Shown one piece after another: positions 39,169-49,676 of a DNA stretch of 64,000 bases; the stretch's first letter is position 1; each line of letters opens with the position of its first letter. The notes below the pieces were generated by a model that had not been told where the DNA came from, did not search any database, and saw only the letters and a program-made list of their open reading frames with translations. A program made the position numbers and the translations under genes. This DNA comes from an uncultured Candidatus Rokubacteria bacterium (GTDB lineage Bacteria > Methylomirabilota > Methylomirabilia > Rokubacteriales > CSP1-6): assembly GCA_963734175.1 (NCBI GenBank), contig CAVTGC010000006.1, positions 423,682 through 487,681 on the forward strand, read 5' to 3'.

Positions 39169-39395
39169 TGAAGCAGTTCCGTCACCGGCACGCCGAGAGC
39201 GTGGGCCAGCTTTCTCAGCACGACGAGCGAGGGGTTCTTCTTCTTCCCCGCCTCCAATTCGGCGAGGTAGCCCGGCGGCACCTTCGCCGTTTTGGCAAGC
39301 TCCCGGAGTCCCATTTCCTTAGCAGTCCTCAACGTCTTGAGCACTCGGCCGAATTCCTTGCTCGTCACTGTTCTCTCACAGAGAACACTCTTCAT
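39165..39395 (-). CDS. XRE-family HTH regulator
   Basis: LKTLR..GLRELA..YLAELEAG..NPSL..LAHALGV. Confidence 0.9.
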   Translation of the reverse strand: MKSVLCERTVTSKEFGRVLKTLRTAKEMGLRELAKTAKVPPGYLAELEAGKKKNPSLVVLRKLAHALGVPVTELLQ

Positions 39396-40023
39396 CAAGC
39401 ATTGTCGAACCGCACGCGCCTCCAGCGATCCTCCGGGTCGGTCCACCCCGGCACCTTCACCTTGAGCCATGACGTCGTCTTGCCGCCGAGGTACTGGCTC
39501 GCCTCGTCCTTCCCGACGTACCCCTCGTAGCCACACTCCAGCACCTGGGCCCACGCCTCCAGGCCGTTGCCCGCCAGGCGGCGGGCCGGCAGCACAAGGG
39601 CGTGACCGGCCACGATGTCCTCCAGACGCGGCCGGCGTTCACGCAGGGGCGACGAGGCTGAGGTCCTGGCCGGCGCGGTAGAGCACGTCGAAGGCCATGT
39701 AAATCGGCGGCGTCGCGATGATGCTGGGATCGGATTTACGGAGCAGATCAAACCGCGAGCGCATCGCCTGATCGAAGATCGCGACTTCACCATCGAGCAC
39801 GAGGGTGGGCTCTGCCAACGCCGCGACCGCTGCCACGAACTGGCGGAACCGGCGGGCATGGTCGATGCCGTTGCGGCTGAGGAGGCGGACACTGGTTCCG
39901 TCCTTGTAGGCGAGGATGCGCCAACCGTCGACCTTCTCCTCGTAGACCCAGCCCGGGCCGGTGGAACGGCTGCCGGACCTGCGTGGGATGCATCGGGGTG
40001 TACTTCGGCAGCGCCGCCCTCAC
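39395..40023 (-). CDS. Minimal ATP-dependent DNA ligase (adenylation domain only); apparent frameshifts
   Basis: EEKVDGWR (motif I), LSRNG, LDGEV, AFDVL, EGYVGK, WLKVK. Confidence 0.85.
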
Positions 40024-40340
40024 GGTCCGAGAAACCGCTCGGCATGCTTCACGGCGTCCCACCCGGCCCGCTGGACGGCCCGCCAGGGCTTCGAATCGTT
40101 GGCCCAGCCGCCGACGATGGAGTGCATCCGGCCAGTGATGTAGAACGTGGCGCTCCACCCCTCGTCGGCCTGCTGGATCAGCGCCATGTCATAGCCGACT
40201 CGATGGAGGCCCACGGCCAGCACCCCGATACCGTGCCAGTTGTCGAGCCAGGCGTGGAGCATCTGCAGCTCGGGCTCGGTCGGCTTGAGCTGGAGGAAGC
40301 CGAGGGTGGCGGTGAGATTCAGGCGGCGCTGGTCGATCAC
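40020..40340 (-). CDS. Hypothetical Trp-rich small protein
   Basis: GTGA overlaps at both ends; [34 protein letters not shown]. Confidence 0.75.
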   Translation of the reverse strand: MIDQRRLNLTATLGFLQLKPTEPELQMLHAWLDNWHGIGVLAVGLHRVGYDMALIQQADEGWSATFYITGRMHSIVGGWANDSKPWRAVQRAGWDAVKHAERFLGP

Positions 40341-41312
40341 TCGATCACCTGATCCGCCCGCGCCAGCAGCGACGGCGGGATCGTGAGGCCAAGGGCCTTC
40401 GCGCTCTTGAGGTTGATGACCAAATCGAACTTGCTCGGCTGCTCGACGGGGAGATCGGCAGGTTTGGCACCTCTTCAAAATTCTATCGACATACCCAGCG
40501 GCACGTTGGCAGCCCTCAGGAATGCTCGGGCCGTAAAACAGCATGGTGCCGGCTTCGGCGGCTCCGATCTCACCGGACAAACTTGGCAGCCGATGCTTGA
40601 GCGCCAGTTCGGCAATCTCCTGGCGATTGGCTGTAAAGAATGGTCCTTGTGTCAGCATGATGGCCTCCGACCTGCCACGAGCCGCGGCCTCGAACGCACC
40701 GGATAAATCTTCGATCCGTCGTACCTGGATAATTTGACTCCGCACCTCCATGTGTCGCGCGGCGGTATCCAGATCCTTGACGAACAAGTCTTGCACCGGC
40801 CCTGATAGTCGGAGAATGGCCATTCGCGACACCCGCGGTGCCGCCTCCTTCAGCAGTTGAAGCCGTTTCTGCATCAGCTCCCCCGTATGAGTGGCTTGGC
40901 CCGTAATGTTCCCGCTCGGCCGAGCGAGACTCACGATCAGACCGCGCTCGACAGGATAGCTACTCGAGGACATCACGATCGGAATCGTGGATGTGGCTTG
41001 CTTCGCAGCTTCTACCGCCAGGGACGTGACGACGAGGACGTCTACCCCGCTCTGTACCAGTTCCTTCGCAAGTCGGGGAAAGGAGTCGATCTGTCCCTCG
41101 GACCGTCGCAGCTCGATGTGGTGGGTCCTCCCCTCGATGTAACCTAGCGCGTTCAGGCCTCGCCGTACTGAATCGGTACAGTTGTCGATCCCACGCGAAG
41201 CGCCCGACAGTACTCCGATCCGCCAAACCTTCCCCGCCGGCTGCGCTTCGGCGGCGAGCGGCGCAATAAGCGCACTCGCCAGCGAGGTCAGCAGGAAGCG
41301 GCGGCGGTCCAC
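40337..41312 (-). CDS. ABC-type substrate-binding protein (PF04392-like); apparent frameshift
   Basis: [10 protein letters not shown] leader; [11 protein letters not shown]; [17 protein letters not shown]. Confidence 0.88.
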
Positions 41313-42285
41313 TACTCGATCACCTGATCCGCCCGCAGCCAGCAGCGACGGCGGGATCGTGAGGCCGAGGGCCTTGGCGGTCTTGAGGTTGATGACCAGC
41401 TCGAATTTCGTCGGCTGCTCGACTGGCAGATCGGCCGGCTTCGCGCCCTTCAGGATCTTCGTCCACGTAGGTGGCGGCGCGTCGGAGCAGGTCGGCGTTG
41501 CTCGGCGCATACGCCATGAGGCCTCCCGCCTCCACATGTTCCAGCCGTCCGTAGATCGCCGGCAGCCGGCTCTTCGTTGCGAGGTTGGCGATCTGTGTTC
41601 GATGATTCCAGAATATGGCGTCCGACAACACGAGGAGCGCGTCGGCGCGCTCCCTGGTCATCGCCGCAAAGGCGCTGTCGAACTGTTCCGAACCCTGCGC
41701 CTCCAGGCGCTGAAGCTGGACCCCCAGCACCCGGGCCGCACCTTCCACCTCGCGCAACTGAGGTGCGGAGACGTTATTGGCGGGATTCGAGAGGACGGCC
41801 ACTCGGGACACCTTGGGCACAGCCTCCCTCAGCAGCTCCAGCAATTTGGGGCCCAGCTCGACGGCGATGGAACTCAGCCCCGTGACGTTGTCGCTTGGTC
41901 GCGCGAGGCTGCCGACGTGCCACGCCCCGAGCACTGTGACAATGGGGATCGTCCGGGTCGCATTCTTGGCCGCGAAGGCTGCTGGGGGACTCGCGGCAAC
42001 GATCACGTCAACCTTCAGACGCACGAGCTCGATGGCGAAGTCGGGCAACTCCGCCCTTTCCGCCCAACGGTATTCGATCACGATGTTCCGACCTTCTGCG
42101 TACCCGAGATTTCGCAGCTCTTGCACGAAAACCCCCAAGAGACGGGAAACCTCAGGGTCTGTGGGCTGCTGGGACGAAAGAAACCCGATCTGGTAGACCT
42201 TTCCTGACTGCTGCGCGTTGGCGGCCAGCGGCGCGGCGAGGCCCCCGGCCAGCGAGGTCAGCAGGAAGCGGCGGCGGTCCATCAT
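41312..42285 (-). CDS. ABC-type substrate-binding protein (PF04392-like); apparent frameshifts
   Basis: [11 protein letters not shown]; [10 protein letters not shown]; [11 protein letters not shown]; [27 protein letters not shown]. Confidence 0.88.
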
Positions 42286-42779
42286 TTCGGGCCCTCATCC
42301 ACGAGCTGCAGGGCCTCCCGCAAAAGCGCTGCGAGACGGGCGTCGCGGTCTTGCCGGCTTTGCTCCTGGCTCGCAGGATCGGTTCCCGGCACCTGCTGGC
42401 ACCACTTGCAGCGTCCAGAATTGCGATCCGCGAGCCGCCATCGGCCGCCACACACCGGACAGGGCGGGCCCTGGTTTCCATATGGCCCGCGACCATTCAG
42501 GACCGGCTTCAGTCGCTGGATGAGAGTTACTTCGGATGCCACTGCGTCGGCCGCGGCCCAGATCGTGAGCGTGTCGCCGGGCTGGAACTCGCGGAGCTTC
42601 TCATGCCCCTTCGCCAGAGGCCGTTCCACACCGTTGCCGCTGCTCCCGACATAGAGCACCGCGGTGCCGCGCGACCAGACGTAGACGAGCGGGCGCCGTA
42701 ACTGGGCCAGCCGTTCGAAAGTCAGGGTCATCATCGGCTCCCCGAGCGCGACGTTCACCGCAGCCAGCGGATCAGCCAC
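42282..42779 (-). CDS. GIY-YIG-like nuclease with zinc ribbon
   Basis: LVY..VLYVG..R..H..E..LI..KPVLN; CPVC..CKWC. Confidence 0.6.
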   Translation of the reverse strand: MADPLAAVNVALGEPMMTLTFERLAQLRRPLVYVWSRGTAVLYVGSSGNGVERPLAKGHEKLREFQPGDTLTIWAAADAVASEVTLIQRLKPVLNGRGPYGNQGPPCPVCGGRWRLADRNSGRCKWCQQVPGTDPASQEQSRQDRDARLAALLREALQLVDEGPK

Positions 42780-43008
42780 GGCGTTTGCGCCGATCCGACG
42801 GCGACAGCATCGGCAGCGCCTGCTCGATCAGCGCTGCCAGGGCGACGAGCTGGCCTTGGAGAATCACCATGCTGGCCGTCCTATGGGCTCGCCACCGCCT
42901 GGTGCGGCACCGGGGCGAGCACACGGACTTTCCGCCCTCCAGAGGTCTCCCGCAACCAGGGCAGGACGATTGTACGGCGTCGCTCATACGTATGCGCTGG
43001 TCGGGCAC
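42772..43008 (-). CDS. Small Zn-binding protein
   Basis: CPGC...CSPRCR. Confidence 0.6.
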   Translation of the reverse strand: MPDQRIRMSDAVQSSCPGCGRPLEGGKSVCSPRCRTRRWRAHRTASMVILQGQLVALAALIEQALPMLSPSDRRKRRG

Positions 43009-43195
43009 ATAGGCGATAGTCGGGGCGATTTCATGAGCGGTCAGGAGCCCTCACGGAAGGCGTAGCGGGGGTATTGAGGGCGAGGATTGTCGTCGAACAC
43101 GCGGACACCGTCAGCGCGCCCGCAGGAGCCAGGATGATCCCTCCCCCCTCCCCTCGATCGACCAGCCATCGCCTGCCTGAGTTGAGTGAAAGGCG

Positions 43196-43921
43196 TCACA
43201 AGAGCAGCAACTCCAGCAGCGCCTCGTCGTCCTCGCGCTGGATCTCACCGACACGGTCGCGGTAGCGCACACTGCCGGACAAGTAGTTTTTGGCTCGGAC
43301 GATCCGACCTGTGTAGGTGTACAGCTTCGGGAGCTCCCGAGGGAGCTCGACGCGCGTCCAGGCGCGCGGGCGCGGCACGGGCCGCATCGGGATCGGGCCG
43401 AGATCGACCACCGACACGCTCGCCGCGACGAACGAATAGGTCGACGCGAGCGCCGTGACCGCGTCGATCTGGCCGACGTAGGCGTAGACCGGGACCGGGG
43501 TACGCTCCTCGGTCTGGCGGAACGTCGGCCGGAGCCGCGAGCGGCCAGCCCGCAACGGGCCGGGGATGCCGACCTCGCCCGCCGAGATGTTGGCGAGGGG
43601 GCGGACGCCCGCCCCCGCGAGCGACGAGGAGTAGAACGGCCGCCACAGGTTTCCTGGGCCACCCTGCTCCGGTTGCGCGACGAGTGCTTCCCACGGGCTC
43701 GCGGCGGCGGCCGACGCCAGCGTCGTCGCTTCCCAGCTGACCGCCAGCGACGCGGCGACCGAGACGACACGCGCGGCGCCCATCGCTATCGCGCTCGGCC
43801 GGAAGCGCGTTATGCCAGGCAGTGCGGGCCCCGGGCGTCCAAGCTGGCCTCGCCCGCCACGCCCGCGCGCGCCGCCACCCGTGGGCGATGCGGGGAAGAG
43901 GCCGGGGTAGAAGTCGCTCAC
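43196..43921 (-). CDS. Hypothetical phage-like protein
   Basis: GTGA-coupled; acidic-hydrophobic C-terminus EDDEALLELLLL. Confidence 0.55.
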   Translation of the reverse strand: MSDFYPGLFPASPTGGGARGRGGRGQLGRPGPALPGITRFRPSAIAMGAARVVSVAASLAVSWEATTLASAAAASPWEALVAQPEQGGPGNLWRPFYSSSLAGAGVRPLANISAGEVGIPGPLRAGRSRLRPTFRQTEERTPVPVYAYVGQIDAVTALASTYSFVAASVSVVDLGPIPMRPVPRPRAWTRVELPRELPKLYTYTGRIVRAKNYLSGSVRYRDRVGEIQREDDEALLELLLL

Positions 43922-44133
43922 TGCTGGAACCGTGTCCCCATCGGCGCGCGCATGCGGGCCCCTGCCGGCTCGGTGAGCGTCAGCACGATTTCGCCGTGGC
44001 CGCCGGCGAGGGCGGCGGTCGCTTCAGTCGTGGTTGTGCCGGCGCTGTGGGGAGCGGTCTCATGTCCGCCCGGGGCCAGCGTCAGCGGGTGGATCATCGT
44101 GCGCCCCCGGGGCCCGCGCGCGAATCGGGTCAT
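43918..44133 (-). CDS. Small hypothetical protein
   Basis: Overlap-coupled at both ends. Confidence 0.45.
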   Translation of the reverse strand: MTRFARGPRGRTMIHPLTLAPGGHETAPHSAGTTTTEATAALAGGHGEIVLTLTEPAGARMRAPMGTRFQQ

Positions 44134-44615
44134 GGCGTGCTCCGCAAGCGCCGGGCCTCGGCCGCGAGCTGCTGCGGACGCACGCCGGCGTTGTTCCGGA
44201 TGAAGTCGTAATGCTCGTTGATCTGACGCTGCAGCGCCTCGATCTGCTCCCGCAGCACCCGGACCAGGCTCTCGCGCTCCGCCGCGTCCTCCTCGAGCGC
44301 GACCGCCTGCTCGTCGAGCACGTCAGCGCGGGCGTGCCGCACCTGATGGGCCGCCTCGCCGACCGCGCGCTCGAGCACGGCGAGGCGCTCTTCGGCGTCG
44401 GACAGCTGCTGCTCGAGCTCGGTCAGCCGGGGGCGGGGCGGCCGCTCGCCGCCCTCCAGCTCGACGCGCGCACTGTCGGCCAGGTAGGCCTCGCGTGTCT
44501 TGGCGAGCGTCGAGCGCAGGTCGTCGCGCGCGATCCGCGCCGCGTCGAGGCGGCTGAGGATCTGGGTATGCCGGGCCTCGGCGGCGGCCAGGCGCTCGGT
44601 TGGAGTGGTGCTCAT
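44130..44615 (-). CDS. Coiled-coil protein (scaffold-like?)
   Basis: E/R/A/L heptad-rich sequence; ATGA coupling. Confidence 0.65.
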   Translation of the reverse strand: MSTTPTERLAAAEARHTQILSRLDAARIARDDLRSTLAKTREAYLADSARVELEGGERPPRPRLTELEQQLSDAEERLAVLERAVGEAAHQVRHARADVLDEQAVALEEDAAERESLVRVLREQIEALQRQINEHYDFIRNNAGVRPQQLAAEARRLRSTP

Positions 44616-45073
44616 GGTGCCGGCTTCTCTACGGAGCGCAGGACGCAGGCGCGATCACCGGCGGGGTCGTCGATGAGATCCAGCGACGTGACACCGGCGG
44701 CGCCCTCGATCACAGCGTACTCGTGCATGGCTGCGCCGTACCGAAGTGGTTGATCGAGCTGCAGCGATACCCCGAGGTCGTGCAGCTGGCCCTCACCCTC
44801 GCGCGCCAGCAGGTCGCGGCGCACTCGGTCATCCTCGATGGTGATCTCTGCGAAGAGCGACGACCCCTCGAGCCAGGCGCGATCGACGCGGCCGACTGTG
44901 AATTCGGCGACGCGCGCGCGCGGCGGATGCTCCCGCCGGCCGTTGTCCTCGAAGGAGCAGACCGGCGTCCCGGGCAGAAGGTCGGCGACCACCCGCGCGC
45001 ATTCGCCGGTGAAGAATCGATGGTCGCGGGTCGGGCCGACCCGCATCGCGCGCACAAGCCACGTGTGGCTCAT
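44612..45073 (-). CDS. Prohead-protease-like protein
   Basis: H..., GVS, SLDLIDDPA motif order typical of head maturation proteases. Confidence 0.55.
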   Translation of the reverse strand: MSHTWLVRAMRVGPTRDHRFFTGECARVVADLLPGTPVCSFEDNGRREHPPRARVAEFTVGRVDRAWLEGSSLFAEITIEDDRVRRDLLAREGEGQLHDLGVSLQLDQPLRYGAAMHEYAVIEGAAGVTSLDLIDDPAGDRACVLRSVEKPAP

Positions 45074-45266
45074 CGCTCCAACCTGCCGATTGGGATCCAG
45101 CGCGGCGACCGCGCGGCGACGCGCCGTGTCGGCAGCTTCGTCTTTGGCGGGGATGTGGTGCGCCGCTGACGCTCCTCCTCGAGCACCTCCGGAGGGGTGA
45201 TCTGTCCGGCCTTTGGCAGTGGTGTCATCTCCTCGCCCCCTCAATGAAAGAAATAATCCGCGATGC

Positions 45267-46868
45267 TCATCGCCAGAACCGCCGGCGCCCCCGGCCATCG
45301 TCGGTCTCGGACAACATCCCGCCGCGGAGCACGTGCTCGAGCTGACCGACCAGATGGGCCGCGTGGGCCGAACGGGTGCCGAAGAAGCCGTGGAGCGGGG
45401 GCGCACGCCGCCCCGCGTCCTCGCCCTTCGTCGCAGCGACCGACTCATGTGTCGCGGTCGCCGGCGCCACCGGCCGACCGCGCTGAATCGCCGCGAGCGC
45501 GGCCATGCTCAGCGCAACGATCGAGTCGATCTTCTTCGACCCCCGCTCCTTGGCGATCCGCCACCCGCGGCGCGCCTCCAGCGCGACCGTGTTCAGCGCC
45601 TGCTCGCGCATGTCGGCCGCCGGGTAGAGCTTCAGGTTGCGACCGCTGAGCAGATCCCAGAGCGCCTGGCCCATCGCCGTCGTGGTCTGCGTCGTCTGGG
45701 GCAGCTCTTCGATCCGCAGCTGGGCCTTCTGCAGCGTCACGATCGAGCGGTGCATCTGGAACGGGTCGCATACGATCTTCTCGACGGCGTAGTGCGTGTG
45801 CAGCTCGCGCAGGTAGGCCTCGATCGTCGCCTCCAGATCGAGCGGCAGCCTCGGCGTCGGTTGCCAGATCCGGTGCAGCGCCAGCGCCACGTGATCGCCG
45901 ACGTACCCGACCCCCACCACCGCCGCGGAGTCATGCTTAAGCGCCGCATCGACGCCGATGAACAGCCGGATGTCGCGCGTCGGCAAGAGCGGGCGCCACG
46001 CGGGATCGACGCACGGATCCCACAATTCCGGCGTGATGAAGATCGACTCACTCGTCACCCAGCGGTTCTCGTGAATCCGCATGTACGTAGCCGGCCGCAG
46101 CGTCTCGCGCTGCCCGGCGTAGTACTTCGCGCCCGCCTCGCCCGTCTGCCAGGGCTGGCGCCCCACGTGCGCCCAGAAGCACACCAGGTCGTCCGCCCGG
46201 TAGACCTCCAGATCCTCGTCGAGCCGCGCGCCGGCCATCCCCTGCGTGTAGAGCCCCTCAAGCAGCGTTGACTCGCCCGACCAGCCCGCATAGGTCACGA
46301 CGAGCACCCAGGCGTCCGGCTCCGTCGGCGGCGGCGTCAGCTCCTCCCACAACCGCTCGGCCGACTCCGTGCTGAACCCCCAGAGCTCGTCGTAGATCAC
46401 CAAGCTGTGCCGCGCGCCGGCCGCCCCGCGATAGTCCGCCGCGATCGCCGTGATGATCGTCCCGTTCGAGAGCGTGATCTCGGAGGTCAACACCTTCGCC
46501 GAGGCCTGGAGCGCCGCGTTGCGCCCGATCACCTTGCGCATCGTGTCGAACACCCGAGACTGCGCCTGCTCCAGATCGTTGGCCGCCACGACGACCTCGG
46601 TGTCGCCCGTCACGTACCCCCACCACAGGCCCAGCACCGCGGCAATGAACGTCTTGCCCGACTTCTTCGGCTCGCCCCAGAGCAGCAGCCGCAGCGCCAA
46701 CGCGCCGAGCGCGTCCCACGTGAACGCCAGGCGCAGGACCCGGCGGTGATGCGCCGACAGCCGCCACGGCTGGCCCTTCTCGTTGAACGGGATGAACTCG
46801 TCGCAGAACCGGATCGGGTTGCGGGCGTAGACACTCCAATCGGTCGCGCTCGCCATCGGCGCCTTCAT
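45267..46868 (-). CDS. Terminase large subunit
   Basis: Walker A PKKSGKT, Walker B VIYDE, motif III VTYAG, nuclease IGVDAA..DSAA and KIDSIVALSMA. Confidence 0.92.
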   Translation of the reverse strand: MKAPMASATDWSVYARNPIRFCDEFIPFNEKGQPWRLSAHHRRVLRLAFTWDALGALALRLLLWGEPKKSGKTFIAAVLGLWWGYVTGDTEVVVAANDLEQAQSRVFDTMRKVIGRNAALQASAKVLTSEITLSNGTIITAIAADYRGAAGARHSLVIYDELWGFSTESAERLWEELTPPPTEPDAWVLVVTYAGWSGESTLLEGLYTQGMAGARLDEDLEVYRADDLVCFWAHVGRQPWQTGEAGAKYYAGQRETLRPATYMRIHENRWVTSESIFITPELWDPCVDPAWRPLLPTRDIRLFIGVDAALKHDSAAVVGVGYVGDHVALALHRIWQPTPRLPLDLEATIEAYLRELHTHYAVEKIVCDPFQMHRSIVTLQKAQLRIEELPQTTQTTTAMGQALWDLLSGRNLKLYPAADMREQALNTVALEARRGWRIAKERGSKKIDSIVALSMAALAAIQRGRPVAPATATHESVAATKGEDAGRRAPPLHGFFGTRSAHAAHLVGQLEHVLRGGMLSETDDGRGRRRFWR

Positions 46869-46959
46869 CGCGCGGCCTCGAAAAATTCAACGGGGGGGCT
46901 TGGGATATAGGGGTCGGCGGCGAGTCGCGAGGATCGACCGCCGGAGTGGTGGGTGGGGG

Positions 46960-47388
46960 TCATCGGCCACCTCCGCTCAGCTGTTCGGCCAGGGTGGCGC
47001 GGGAGGGACGATCGAGGAGCGCGAGCTTCGCCTCGGCCACTCTCTCCAGCTGCGATGCCGCGCGCCTGGTCGCCTTCGGGTCCGTCCCCAAGTCCCGGCG
47101 CGTCTTCTCGGCCAGGGCCAGGTACTCCGCGGCGGCCCGGAGTCGACGACGAGCGAGGGGCGTGCTGGCGACGTACTCGTCGAGCAGCTCCTGCCCGATC
47201 CTCCGCGCCAGGCAGGAGACCCGGCTGTGTCCGTCCGCGAACGTGCCCCACTGCCGCCGCCATGGCGCCCGCCAGCCGCGGCGGTACGGCAGTGGAGCGT
47301 TGGATGGCAGCGATGTGGCAGCAGCGTCGCGCAAGTACCTGTTGTCGTTGCCCGTGACGCTGCCTGGGCGGGGCTGTGTCTGGCTCAT
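46960..47388 (-). CDS. Putative terminase small subunit-like protein
   Basis: Helical basic protein immediately upstream of terL; call is positional. Confidence 0.45.
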   Translation of the reverse strand: MSQTQPRPGSVTGNDNRYLRDAAATSLPSNAPLPYRRGWRAPWRRQWGTFADGHSRVSCLARRIGQELLDEYVASTPLARRRLRAAAEYLALAEKTRRDLGTDPKATRRAASQLERVAEAKLALLDRPSRATLAEQLSGGGR

Positions 47389-47581
47389 CGGACCTCCGAG
47401 CCGCTCCAGCGGATCGCCGCCCAGCGGCGCTCGGCGAGCAGATCGGCGGCGCGGGTCAGCTGCCGGCGGATGGGTCGGGGACCCGCAACCGGAGAGCGAG
47501 AGGGCGTGGGGCCGGTCCCGTAGCCGTAGAGCCGACTCCCAGGCCAAGGCCTCGGCCAGCCTTTCATTACGCGGCATGGGC

Positions 47582-49168
47582 TCACGACAGCACCTCGCCG
47601 AGGCCATCCCCGGGGTGGACATTTTCGCTCGGCGGCGAGCTGGTCCCTTCGCTGAGGGGCGCATGATTGGCGGCTTCCGTGGGCTGATCGCGCTGCCGTC
47701 CGCTATCCATGCGGTCGGCAGCGAGGTCCGCCTTCGGAAGGGTCATTTGGCGTAGAGCTGGAGTCTCGGGGCAGCTCGCCGCCGAGCTAGCCTCACAGGG
47801 GGTCCGGGGAGAGAAAAACACGACGTAGACGGCAGTGCCGCCCTTCCCTCCTGGCCGAGGCGCTGGCGACAGCTGCCAGAGTCTCCCGGCGCCTTCTGTC
47901 ACGAGGTCACGGGCGGCAGCCCGCTTGAGGCCGGCGGCGTGCAACAGATCCTCGGCCTCCCCCTTGGTCAGCGGGGGCTTGCCGAAGTCGGCACGGTGGC
48001 GCATCTGGGCGAGCATCTGGTGGGTCGCCTTGGCCACCTGTTCCTCGCGCTCGCTGATCTTGGTCGTCAGCGCGGCATGGCCCTCCTCGACTAGCTCGGC
48101 GGTCACGTCCCGGAGAATCCACGGCTCGGCTCGGTGGTCGATCTCCAGCACGAAGGGCTCGGGCTCCTCGCCCAGCCGGAACTTGGTCGGGATGAACGCC
48201 AGGCGATAGACGTCGCGCCGCTTGCGCCGCGACGCCCGCTGCGCCCAATCGCCGACGCCGGCGGGCGCCAGCTCGTGCCACCAGTCTTTCTGGCCGCTGG
48301 GCTTGAGGTCGGTCGCGTCCCGGATCTCGTACACGAGGTCGCCGCGATCCTCGAGCACTCCCGAGCCGCGGCTGTGGGCGCCGGACTTGACGACGTTGCC
48401 CAGCACCAGGATCGCAGGGCCATCGGCCCGCCGGGCGAGGTCCAGGACCGAGGAGAACGCGAGGGAGGGTTTCGCGCTGTCCCCCTCCCCAACCCCCTCC
48501 GTGCTGGCGTCGATCGAGTCGATGATCACGACGTCGAAGGTGTCGAGCGGGAACGCGCTCCACGCGACCGCATCGGTGAGCGCCGGGGCCTTGTCGCGGG
48601 TGATCAACTTGAAGTGCTCCGCGTCGTGGCCGCCCCACTTTTTCAGGCGTCGGCGGATCTCATAACGTGGATTGTCGCGGTCGACGAGCAGCACCCGCAG
48701 TCCCGTGCGAGACAGGCGCACCGCGATCGCATAGGTGACCTGGGTCTTGCCGAGCCCCCGCGGCGAGTAGAGCTCCGTGATCCCGCCTCGCACCAGCAGG
48801 CGCGGCTCGAGGAAGTCCACCACCTCGTCGGTTTCCTCCAGGAACACTGGCACGGCGACCGCGCTGCCCCACACACTGGGCCCGCCGCCGCGCGCGCCTG
48901 GGGCGGGCGCCGCCGCTGGACGGGTGCGCCCGTTGTTGAACGCGCCCAGCGCCCGGCCGATCGCCTCCCAATGCGCCCGGCCGAGGTCCGTATCCTTGGA
49001 CCAGGCGCAGCCCCAGTCGCCGTTGTTGAACAGGCAGGCATTGTCCTGGTGCTTGTCGTGTCCTTCGGCGGCGCATGCCGGGCACTGGAACTTGATGCCG
49101 TGAGCCCGGCGCATCGCGCCAGCCTGCTGGAGCGCCGCCGACTCGAGATCAACGGTGGCTGGCCGCAT
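47582..49168 (-). CDS. Zn-finger plus RepA/AAA_25-type replicative helicase
   Basis: CPAC..H..C; Walker A SPRGLGKT; VVIIDS; RGSG. Confidence 0.85.
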   Translation of the reverse strand: MRPATVDLESAALQQAGAMRRAHGIKFQCPACAAEGHDKHQDNACLFNNGDWGCAWSKDTDLGRAHWEAIGRALGAFNNGRTRPAAAPAPGARGGGPSVWGSAVAVPVFLEETDEVVDFLEPRLLVRGGITELYSPRGLGKTQVTYAIAVRLSRTGLRVLLVDRDNPRYEIRRRLKKWGGHDAEHFKLITRDKAPALTDAVAWSAFPLDTFDVVIIDSIDASTEGVGEGDSAKPSLAFSSVLDLARRADGPAILVLGNVVKSGAHSRGSGVLEDRGDLVYEIRDATDLKPSGQKDWWHELAPAGVGDWAQRASRRKRRDVYRLAFIPTKFRLGEEPEPFVLEIDHRAEPWILRDVTAELVEEGHAALTTKISEREEQVAKATHQMLAQMRHRADFGKPPLTKGEAEDLLHAAGLKRAAARDLVTEGAGRLWQLSPAPRPGGKGGTAVYVVFFSPRTPCEASSAASCPETPALRQMTLPKADLAADRMDSGRQRDQPTEAANHAPLSEGTSSPPSENVHPGDGLGEVLS

Positions 49169-49676
49169 AGACCTTCGCGCGGAGGTAGGCGCGCCACAGC
49201 CCCGGCAGCTCGGGCAGCGGCTCGGCCGCCGGATCCACGAGCCACCGATAGGGACGCCCAGTGTTCGGGTGAACGCTCGGCGGAATGACGGCCTGCTGCT
49301 GCCCCGGGCCACGCTGGATCTCGCCGATGATGATGCCCTGCCAGGTGAGCTTGGCTGGCAGGTCCGGCTCCCAGGCGACGTAGTAGTGCAGGCGACCGCG
49401 CCCCGTCTCGACCCACGGCGCGCACGGCTGGCCGAGCGTGTCGATCATGTCGGCCCAGCACAGCAGCTCGTCGGGGTCGAGGACGGCGAGGCCGTTCGGC
49501 TGGCCCGCGACGATGCCGAGGTTGCCGCCGGCGCGAAGATGCCGTCCGGCGACACGCGGGTCGTTCGTCACCTGCCAGCGCCGGCCGAGCGGCGGCTTCT
49601 TTTCGCGAGCAGCCAGGAGGACGACCTGCCACCGGCGCTGCTCGATCATCGCCAGCGTCAGCTCGGCGTCGCTCAC
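49149..49676 (-). CDS. Bifunctional DNA primase/polymerase N-terminal domain
   Basis: KKP, NLGIVAG, LAVLDPD, ETGRGRLHYY, VIPPSVHP.TG..YRW. Confidence 0.9.
   Translation of the reverse strand: MSDAELTLAMIEQRRWQVVLLAAREKKPPLGRRWQVTNDPRVAGRHLRAGGNLGIVAGQPNGLAVLDPDELLCWADMIDTLGQPCAPWVETGRGRLHYYVAWEPDLPAKLTWQGIIIGEIQRGPGQQQAVIPPSVHPNTGRPYRWLVDPAAEPLPELPGLWRAYLRAKVYAASHR

Noticed and set aside
40020-41537. 505-aa ORF suggesting a fusion of SBPs with the downstream unknown
   Set aside because: It is a chimera created by indels. Separate stop/start overlaps at 41312 and 40337-40340 define three genes.
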